A DNA stretch of 64,000 bases from an uncultured Desulfobacteraceae bacterium. Its GTDB lineage: Bacteria; Desulfobacterota; DSM-4660; Desulfatiglandales; Desulfatiglandaceae. The stretch is from positions 22,225 through 86,224 of the forward strand of contig CAZONI010000005.1 of NCBI GenBank assembly GCA_964581175.1, read 5' to 3'. Below the pieces are notes generated by a model. The model saw only the letters and a list, made by a program, of their open reading frames with translations, ran no database searches and was not told the DNA's origin. The translations under genes and the position numbers were made by a program. This document shows, piece after piece, positions 57,673 to 64,000 of the stretch (positions within the stretch are counted from its first letter, which is position 1; every line of letters starts with the position of its first letter).

Positions 57673-58257
57673 CTATTCCGCCCGCCTATTGAAGAGCCCG
57701 TAATAGTAGAGGACTCTTCCAACAAAATCCTGTGTTTCCCGGATCGGAGGGATTCTGCCATAGGCCTCCACCTTCGTGGGACCCGCGTTGAAGGCAGCCA
57801 GAGCCATCGGTGTATCATTATGAAAGCGCCGCAACAACGAAGCCAGATACCGGGTTCCCCCGAGAATATTCGCGGATGGATTGAAGGGATTTTTCACCTC
57901 CATCTCGTCGGCGGTGCCTGGCATGAGCTGCATCAGTCCTACGGCCCCTTTCCGGGAAACTGCATGGTGGTCGAAATCCGACTCGGCTTTGATGACCGCC
58001 TTGATGAGCGTTGATTCCACGCCGAACATTGCAGAGGCTTTCCTGATCATGCCCTGGTAGGCCTGTATGAACTCCTCTCCGCTCATTGATGAGGATCTCG
58101 GCCTGAAACGAGCGCATTCTCGAATCCCGGAGCCGGGAAAATGCCAGTGCCCGTCACTGTCCTGGTACCCGAGTATCTCTCCTTTCGCGTTGGGCGCCAG
58201 GAAGAATGCCAGAAGAAACAGCACTGTGCCCAGGATAAGAATATCCTTTCCCGTCAC
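57673..58257 (-). CDS. lytic transglycosylase (SLT domain)
   Basis: AVIKAESDFDHHAVSRKGAVGLMQLMPGTA catalytic region. N-terminal signal/TM. Confidence 0.8.
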   Translation of the reverse strand: MTGKDILILGTVLFLLAFFLAPNAKGEILGYQDSDGHWHFPGSGIRECARFRPRSSSMSGEEFIQAYQGMIRKASAMFGVESTLIKAVIKAESDFDHHAVSRKGAVGLMQLMPGTADEMEVKNPFNPSANILGGTRYLASLLRRFHNDTPMALAAFNAGPTKVEAYGRIPPIRETQDFVGRVLYYYGLFNRRAE

Positions 58258-58258
58258 C

Positions 58259-58639
58259 TTACTGTGAGAGCTCGTCCCCTTGTTCAGATACCTTCTTATC
58301 TTTCCTCCCTCCGTTTGCCAAGGCAGAAAGCAGGTCGATAATCTGTTTGTTCTGCTCGATCATCTCATCATATTTTCTGAGCATTTCATCATACTTTTCA
58401 ACTAGTTCCTCATTTTGCCGGTAAAGCAGCGCCAGTGTCCTGGTGGTGTAGATCGAGCCGAGGGCTGCCTGCTTTATTTTGTAATCGCTATCGACTGAAC
58501 TGTATGGGGAAGGGGGTTTTGCCGCATTATAATCCTTCGTGAATTGTTCCATGAGGTCTGAAAGGGGGTCCGACCCGGCAGCACCCGCGAAAAAGAAAAG
58601 TACACAAATAAGACAAAAAAAGAAGGTGCCTTTCTTCAT
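58259..58639 (-). CDS. secreted hypothetical protein
   Basis: Signal peptide MKKGTFFFCLICVLFFFAGAAG, then a coiled-coil-like segment. Its stop abuts the SLT start. Confidence 0.5.
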   Translation of the reverse strand: MKKGTFFFCLICVLFFFAGAAGSDPLSDLMEQFTKDYNAAKPPSPYSSVDSDYKIKQAALGSIYTTRTLALLYRQNEELVEKYDEMLRKYDEMIEQNKQIIDLLSALANGGRKDKKVSEQGDELSQ

Positions 58640-58708
58640 GGGATATCCTCCTCTCCATCAGGCTCCTCAATGCCCTTCGACAAATAGGATTTCGGGGCAT
58701 CTCTTCGC

Positions 58709-59203
58709 CTATGGATTGTATATGAACTTCCATTCAGAATAAGTCTTCGCCTTTTCAAAGGACTGGTAGTCGATCGGAAAGTCTCCGGTCTTCAAGGGCT
58801 TTTGCGTGCTCTTGCTGAAGACCCCTTTTATCCCTCCTCCTTCAGCCAGGACCAGTCCCCATACCCCGTCTTTTGTCATTGGATCCCGGTAGAGCTTCCT
58901 GAGGTGCCGGAGAGTTTTCAGGGACCGGGGATCCTTGAGCAGGTCACTCAGTGTCCCGGGATACGATTCCGGTTTGCCCGCCGGACCACCCTTGTAATAG
59001 GATGCAATGGCTCTCCTGATCCGGTCGCCCCGAAAAAGCAGTTCCTTCTCACGCTCCCTTTTCGCAATGGTGCTCCAGTACTCACTGGCAGCGGTCAGCG
59101 CTATGCCCGATATGACCACAACAATCAAGGCGCTGAGATAGGTGAACCCTCCGTTCCTATGACGTCTCCGTCTCCACTCACCATTCATTATAGGGTGTTC
59201 CAT
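58709..59203 (-). CDS. prepilin-type N-terminal cleavage/methylation-domain protein (minor pseudopilin-like)
   Basis: ...NGGFTYLSALIVVVISGIALTAASEYW: class III signal peptide-like G/F site with a hydrophobic helix. Confidence 0.6.
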   Translation of the reverse strand: MEHPIMNGEWRRRRHRNGGFTYLSALIVVVISGIALTAASEYWSTIAKREREKELLFRGDRIRRAIASYYKGGPAGKPESYPGTLSDLLKDPRSLKTLRHLRKLYRDPMTKDGVWGLVLAEGGGIKGVFSKSTQKPLKTGDFPIDYQSFEKAKTYSEWKFIYNP

Positions 59204-59561
59204 CGAGGGCTAACAGATCGCTGCCGCTGTGAACATCATATACTCCGGACTCCTCAGACCCCTCAGGCGGGATCACGACCCAGCTTGTCCTCGAACGGGT
59301 AAAGGGGTCTTCGGGAAGGTCTCTTATATAGTGTTCTCCCACCAACGATTCAAGAGTTTCAGGGTAATTTCCATGGTCCGCATAGTACTGGTCGATCACG
59401 TCTCGGAGCACGAACAGGCTCCGTCTCAGGGAGGTTTCCCTGGCACGAATGATCGCTTTCTGGAAATTCGGCTGGGCTATGGATACAAGTATCCCGATAA
59501 TCGTCATGACGATCATCAATTCTATGAGGGTAAACCCTCTCTTTCCGAGATCTCTTTTCAT
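59178..59561 (-). CDS. GspG-like pseudopilin
   Basis: KRGFTLIELMIVMTIIGILVSIA prepilin signal. T2SS-G-like LPEDPF...W region. Start moved to ATG 59561. Confidence 0.78.
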   Translation of the reverse strand: MKRDLGKRGFTLIELMIVMTIIGILVSIAQPNFQKAIIRARETSLRRSLFVLRDVIDQYYADHGNYPETLESLVGEHYIRDLPEDPFTRSRTSWVVIPPEGSEESGVYDVHSGSDLLALDGTPYNEW

Positions 59562-59575
59562 ATCAATTGGGGCTG

Positions 59576-60043
59576 CTACCAATCCTTATAGTAAGATCCA
59601 TCCAGGGCCTGCTTGTCGCTTTTTGAATACACATCGTAGACGTCTTCACCACCCCAGGTATCAGAGTCAGGTTCATCAGAATAAGAGCGGAGTCCCCACT
59701 CCCCATCCTTGGTCATGGGGTCTTTGGGGATCCTGCGCAGGAATTTTTCCCGGAAGGGAACGGGCCCCTGAACATCAACTCCCTTCACCAGGACATCCAG
59801 GCTCTTGGGATACCCGCTCGAAAACGCCTGTGCGGGGATCTTGCCTTCAACAACCAGTTCCTTATAGTCATCAAGTGCCTTGCGAATTATGCGCAAGTCG
59901 TGTTTGAGTTCTATCTCCTTTGAACGCTTGTAGGCCATCTGCGACAGCGGCATAATACCCGCTGCCAGGATGGACATAATTACCATGACCACCAGGAGTT
60001 CAATGAGCGTTACGCCCGTGTTGTCGTGAAGTCGCAGGGTCAA
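59576..60043 (-). CDS. GspG-like pseudopilin
   Basis: NTGVTLIELLVVMVIMSILAAG prepilin signal. IPKDPMTKDGEWGLR region. Confidence 0.78.
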   Translation of the reverse strand: MTLRLHDNTGVTLIELLVVMVIMSILAAGIMPLSQMAYKRSKEIELKHDLRIIRKALDDYKELVVEGKIPAQAFSSGYPKSLDVLVKGVDVQGPVPFREKFLRRIPKDPMTKDGEWGLRSYSDEPDSDTWGGEDVYDVYSKSDKQALDGSYYKDW

Positions 60044-60049
60044 AAATCA

Positions 60050-62572
60050 CTATCCTCCGAAGGCCCACCTGCGATCTGCCACGTGGATGTCCGCAGCGAA
60101 TCCCTTTTTCTCCTTCAGTGACGCGCACATGGAAAGTGCCGACTGGTAATCGCTGAAACGGCCCACAAACACCCTGTAGAAGAAACCCATCCCGGGCACA
60201 TTCACGGGAACGAGGAAACAATCGAAATTATCCTGGCTCAGTTTCTGCAGACGAGACTGTGCCTCCGTCCGGGTAGGGAAGGAATTCACATGAATGCTGT
60301 ACCGAATGCTGTCGGGCCAGAAATACTTCTTGTTCTCACTTTCCGTGGGACTCGCCGGCTTCTTTTCCTGTAGTTGCGAGAGAGCCTCTTCTCCCTTTTT
60401 CTCGCTGATCGGAGCAGCACCGGCAGGCGTGACAGGCTTCGGGCCGGGAGAGGGTTGTACGATTTTTTGCGGGGGAGCTTTTTCTTGTTTCTTCTCCGGG
60501 ATCGGAGCAGCACGGGCCGGCGTGACATGATCCGGATTTGAAAAGGGCTGCACGACTTTTTCAGGAGGCATCGGAATCAGGAGGCCCTGTTCCGGAACCG
60601 GCTGGCTGCTCTTTCCGGACACCTTCGGCATGTTTTCACTCCCCGTGGTTCCCGCGGCCTTATTCACCCCTTCGGGACCGGGTTGAGCAGCAACTTTTCT
60701 CGCATCCTTCGGCAGATTGTAATACCTGTCTTTCCGCTCCGCATAGCTGTCATACGGCTCTTGCAGAGAGAACTCGTTTTCTTTGCCCGACCATATCTCC
60801 GACACGTCCTTGCCCGGGATGTCTTTGGCGCGGATAATGACCGGCGTTATCGCCATCAGGACATCCGTTTGCACATTGCTTTTATCCAGGTTGGAAAAAA
60901 TATAACCAATAACCGGGATATCGCCCAGCAGCGGGATCTTCCGCACGGTCTTCCGTTCCTCATCACTGATTAATCCGCCGATAATGACCGGTTCACTATC
61001 CCGCATGGTCAGCACGCTGTCCGTTTTCCTGGTGCTGATGGAATACTCAGGCTGATCCGGCGTTCCGACATTCGCTCCCAATGTGCTGACCTCCAGCCCT
61101 AGTTTCAGCGAAACTTCGTCGTTCTGGTTCACTACCGGTTCAGCGTCTACTTTTATCCCGACATCCTGATACTGGTAATCAGTCGTGACCGCGCCGGTGG
61201 TATCAATCCTCCGGTTCACTTGCAGCGGCACCCGTTCCCCCACAAGGAAGCTGGCCTTCCCCCCGGTTCTTATCCTGATCTGGGGGCTTGCAAGGGTCCG
61301 GGTATCCGCGTCCTGCTTCAAAAGGTTCAGGGTGGCAAGGGGCAGGTTGAGGAGTAGTTCCTTATTCGTTATCTTTCCGAGGGCATACGCCGATACATTC
61401 GGTGCGAAAACGGAATCCGCGTTAACCTGCGGGCTCGTCTCTCCGATCCCGAAGGTAATCGACGACGGATTCACGTCCAGGCCAAGCTGTCTTTCCTTGG
61501 AACGACTCACCTCCAGGATCTCGACATTAAGGAGGACTTCGGCCGGAGGACGATCATTGGCCTCTATCAGCTTTGACGCGACCTCTATCAATTGCTTGGG
61601 CCCCCGGATGACCAGGGCATTCAAATTTTCGTTGGCAATGATATCCTTGCTCTTGAGTATTTTAGACAGGAGAGCGACGGCCTTTTTCACGTCCAGATTC
61701 GAGAGATAGAAGGTCCGGATCTGGAGATCCTCGTAATCCTTGATCTTGGCAGGCGCATTGGGATAGATGATCATTGTCTTATCATCCACCAGTTTCCCGG
61801 TCAGGCTGTTTGTTTGAAGCAGGACTTCCAGAAAGCGCTCAATAGGCACGTCCGTCATGAAGAGGGTGACCTTGGTCTCTTGCACATCCTTGTCAAAAAT
61901 GAAATTGATGCCGGTGAGCCTGGAGAGCACCTCGAACACGCTGGTAATGGGTGTCTTCTTGAACCGGAGCGAAACAGGGACAGAGGATTTGGGCTTCAAC
62001 CTGAAACGAGGAGGGCGCTCTATTTCCTTGCTATAGGCGGCAAGAGCCTTTTCCGCTTCCTTATTTTCCGGATTCAACCTGACGGCCCCTTGAAAAGCCG
62101 TCCTTGCCTTGGCGTACTCTTTCTCCTTGAGAAATTTCTCCCCCCGCCGAAACAGGATACCGGATTGCTTAAAGGCCCTTGCTCTTCTCATGAGCACTTC
62201 TGCCCTGACATTCCCGGGCTTAAAGGCAATGCTTAACTGGAATTCCCGTATGGCCTCATCAAATGAGCCTTTGTTCAGCAAGGCCTCCCCCTGAGTCATA
62301 TGCTGCAGGGAAGCATTTGTCTTCGCCCGCATGAGCAGGAGTTTGACGTCGGGATCCGATGGGTTTTTTTTCTGTGCTTCCTGCAGAACCTGCACACTCT
62401 TGTCCCAATCACCGGTAGAACTGAGCGCTCTTCCCTCGTCGACATACTGCGAAGTAGGCGCGCATGCCTGCAGCCAGATCGCGGCAGACATGATAAGCGC
62501 GAGCAAAATGTATTTCCTGAGCCCTCCAACCACGACGTAAGCCATGACGGCCTCCATTAGCCTAGCTTCCAT
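60050..62572 (-). CDS. secretin (GspD/PilQ family) with N-terminal TPR region, Pro-rich tandem repeat and C-terminal SPOR-like domain
   Basis: Lipobox-like WLQACAP. TPR-like repeats at about aa 45-190. Secretin core (...VPLLGDIPVIGYIFS...TDVLMAITP). Two 31-aa repeats. C-terminus YSIHVNSFPTRTEAQ...FYRVFVGRFSDYQSA. Confidence 0.88.
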   Translation of the reverse strand: MEARLMEAVMAYVVVGGLRKYILLALIMSAAIWLQACAPTSQYVDEGRALSSTGDWDKSVQVLQEAQKKNPSDPDVKLLLMRAKTNASLQHMTQGEALLNKGSFDEAIREFQLSIAFKPGNVRAEVLMRRARAFKQSGILFRRGEKFLKEKEYAKARTAFQGAVRLNPENKEAEKALAAYSKEIERPPRFRLKPKSSVPVSLRFKKTPITSVFEVLSRLTGINFIFDKDVQETKVTLFMTDVPIERFLEVLLQTNSLTGKLVDDKTMIIYPNAPAKIKDYEDLQIRTFYLSNLDVKKAVALLSKILKSKDIIANENLNALVIRGPKQLIEVASKLIEANDRPPAEVLLNVEILEVSRSKERQLGLDVNPSSITFGIGETSPQVNADSVFAPNVSAYALGKITNKELLLNLPLATLNLLKQDADTRTLASPQIRIRTGGKASFLVGERVPLQVNRRIDTTGAVTTDYQYQDVGIKVDAEPVVNQNDEVSLKLGLEVSTLGANVGTPDQPEYSISTRKTDSVLTMRDSEPVIIGGLISDEERKTVRKIPLLGDIPVIGYIFSNLDKSNVQTDVLMAITPVIIRAKDIPGKDVSEIWSGKENEFSLQEPYDSYAERKDRYYNLPKDARKVAAQPGPEGVNKAAGTTGSENMPKVSGKSSQPVPEQGLLIPMPPEKVVQPFSNPDHVTPARAAPIPEKKQEKAPPQKIVQPSPGPKPVTPAGAAPISEKKGEEALSQLQEKKPASPTESENKKYFWPDSIRYSIHVNSFPTRTEAQSRLQKLSQDNFDCFLVPVNVPGMGFFYRVFVGRFSDYQSALSMCASLKEKKGFAADIHVADRRWAFGG
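60384..60569. repeat. in-frame 93-bp tandem duplication inside the secretin gene
   Basis: GATCGGAGCAGCACCGGCAGGCGTGACA... at 60407 recurs at 60500 (GATCGGAGCAGCACGGGCCGGCGTGACA...). It encodes two Pro/Lys-rich 31-aa units. Confidence 0.7.
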
Positions 62573-62644
62573 CCATATCTGGATTGGAAACCCGGCCGTA
62601 CCCGAAATCTACCTGTGAAAGGGTACAATCTTGTGGAAATCCTC

Positions 62645-63214
62645 CTAAAAATCGCTCAAATCGATGTGAATGTTCTGCTGGATCTCTTCAGCCCACAGGT
62701 CCAGTGAATTGCTGGTAATGCTCTTAACCAGGTACTTATTATCGATTTTGTCTCCCGCCCGCACGATGAACACGTCTTTGCCCCTTTCCAGGAACAGCAT
62801 ATTCTTGTCTCCCTCCTGGCAGGAACCAAATACCCGAAAACTGCTCAATTCCCTCTGCACCCGGACCCTTGGATCTTCCTCGGCAGACTCTGTTTTCTTC
62901 TGGGGCAGTTTTGCAGCCACGGCCGCCGGCAGGTTTTTCGCTTGTGCACCCTCCTCCGGGCCAGAAAAAGGATCATGAATCACCTCGCCATGGTGGTGCG
63001 GAGATTTTGAGAAAACTGCCAGCATCAGCTCGGGGCATTTCAGCAGACGGTCCTCCCCTTTCGCGGTTTCCTTCTTAACGATGACGGTTTTCCGGTTCCC
63101 GCTGTACTTCAACCGGGACACTCTCTGCTGACGGTATGGATGCGTGACCCGATACGCGAGAGAAAATACAAAAACAAGCAATAGTATGGTAAGCGCAAGC
63201 TTCTTCTTTTTCAT
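62645..63214 (-). CDS. PilP/GspC-like periplasmic protein
   Basis: Start moved to ATG 63214 (MKKKKLALTILLLVFVF), overlapping the upstream stop (ATGA). C-terminal beta-rich module (FRVFGS...MLFLERGKDVFIVRAGDKIDNKYLVKSI) resembles PilP/GspC HR domains. Confidence 0.5.
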   Translation of the reverse strand: MKKKKLALTILLLVFVFSLAYRVTHPYRQQRVSRLKYSGNRKTVIVKKETAKGEDRLLKCPELMLAVFSKSPHHHGEVIHDPFSGPEEGAQAKNLPAAVAAKLPQKKTESAEEDPRVRVQRELSSFRVFGSCQEGDKNMLFLERGKDVFIVRAGDKIDNKYLVKSITSNSLDLWAEEIQQNIHIDLSDF

Positions 63215-63771
63215 TTGAAATAGGTCGATATTTCCAGCTTCATATCTACCGTCCCCGGTGATCTGGACACCCTCTTGAAAGAAAGATGTTCGAGACAAAA
63301 AAGGCTCGGCGAATTCTGGAGAGCGGCGATAAAGGGCTTCAGCTGAGAGTATTTTCCCTGCACGCTGAAGGAACTGGTGTACTTCCATAACTTCATCGGG
63401 CCCGCTTGTTCCGGCTTGAAAGTGAGCCTTTGCATCTGCAAGCCATTCCGATGAAGAAGGTCGTGGATCTCCCTTACCCTCTCTACAAATTTTTCTTTCG
63501 GGGACAATTTGTCTTTGAAAACCTTCAACTCGACCTCTGCAATCCTGTACCGGGCAATTTCATCTCTCTCGCGGGGCACATCGGGGTTTCTTTTCTTGCT
63601 GTACAAGGCCTGCAATCTTGCAATATGACTTCTCTGCCGCTGAACTACCGCCAGGTATAACACCAGATTAATTAACAGAATCAGTGCGCAGCTCGCCCAG
63701 AGGAAACGGTTAAAACGAAGGGCCCTGATGATCCTTTGAAGTTTCATTTTTCCATTGTTTCCGGCCGTCAC
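63211..63771 (-). CDS. PilO/GspM-like inner-membrane assembly protein
   Basis: Single TM (FLWASCALILLINLVLYLAVV), coiled coil, then a ferredoxin-like C-terminus (KYTSSFSVQGKYSQLKPFIAALQNSP). Confidence 0.55.
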   Translation of the reverse strand: MTAGNNGKMKLQRIIRALRFNRFLWASCALILLINLVLYLAVVQRQRSHIARLQALYSKKRNPDVPRERDEIARYRIAEVELKVFKDKLSPKEKFVERVREIHDLLHRNGLQMQRLTFKPEQAGPMKLWKYTSSFSVQGKYSQLKPFIAALQNSPSLFCLEHLSFKRVSRSPGTVDMKLEISTYFK

Positions 63772-64000
63772 AGGCCCGGAACGCTCTTCTCTTGGGTGAA
63801 GGTTTCCTGCAAGGTTTCCCCCTGTCCTTCATATTTCTTACTGCCGCAAAGCTCTTCAATGTTCAGCTTGCTCGTTATCTCGAAACGCATCCCGCCCTCG
63901 GGAATGTCGGCAGAATCATTTTTCCCCCCTTCTTTTACGCTCAATTTGGTCAGGAGATTTCCCTCAAATATACCCGTCTTTTTCAGGCGGGACAATACGA
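63768..64000 (-). CDS. partial ORF (C-terminus only), possibly the PilN/GspL-like partner
   Basis: Open frame running off the window edge. Its stop overlaps the PilO-like start. Function inferred from position only. Confidence 0.35.
   Translation of the reverse strand, partial: VLSRLKKTGIFEGNLLTKLSVKEGGKNDSADIPEGGMRFEITSKLNIEELCGSKKYEGQGETLQETFTQEKSVPGL

Noticed and set aside
59441-59460. Sigma54-like TGGCAC-N5-.TCGC on the plus strand inside the pseudopilin genes. A TGGCAC also occurs at about 1365.
   Set aside because: Both lie inside coding sequence, on the wrong strand or in the wrong position to drive any gene, and the -12 element is imperfect.

Overview
This is a gene-dense 64-kb chromosomal segment with about 65 protein genes. 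I saw no rRNA or tRNA genes, and no transposase, integrase, phage, CRISPR-cas or recognisable toxin-antitoxin or defence genes.

Almost everything is housekeeping, in conserved operon contexts:
- psd-pssA, rsmD-coaD and an IHF-like gene
- an SDR followed by had-oah-dch, the lower benzoyl-CoA pathway (bamQ/bamA/bamR type)
- a DnaJ-domain protein and a PAS-GAF histidine kinase
- guaB-guaA, followed by a UPF0280 gene and a standalone glutamine amidotransferase
- a frameshifted Ppx/GppA gene, murJ and rpsT
- leuS-lptE-holA
- ribD-ribE-ribBA-ribH-nusB
- rpiB-glyA-dCMP deaminase-nrdR
- yceD-rpmF-plsX-fabG-acpP-fabF
- an acyl-CoA dehydrogenase, Ski2-like helicase and 75-aa ORF transcribed as one unit
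- an RHH-TPR-RlpA-like-hypothetical-cobO string
- maeB, mgtE, an nrnA-like DHH gene and a TIM-barrel isomerase
- ileS-lspA-lgt, a GGDEF protein, a Nudix hydrolase and an SLT transglycosylase
- the distal half of a PilN/O/P/secretin plus pseudopilin (T2SS/T4P-like) cluster that runs off the right edge

The BamA-type ring hydrolase, the gene order and the mid-range G+C (judged by eye) suggest a Syntrophus/Syntrophales-like strict anaerobe. That is an inference from memory, not a search result. Several start codons were moved by hand from the longest-ORF coordinates.

I do not see a convincing new multi-gene protein system here. The best leads are at the DNA/RNA level or are single odd genes:
1. 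Two related intergenic hairpin elements (49400-49550 and 51670-51812) share their stem-base sequence and show compensatory changes.
2. A CAAATGNCAAA-rich inverted-repeat (MITE-like) family has two copies (28111-28276 and 36697-36896).
3. A lower-G+C orphan gene (35571-36632) sits beside one of those repeats.
4. A Ski2/HelY-like helicase is tightly packed between an acyl-CoA dehydrogenase and a tiny ORF.
5. Ppx/GppA is broken at a homopolymer run.
6. A secretin carries TPR, tandem proline-rich repeats and a SPOR domain.
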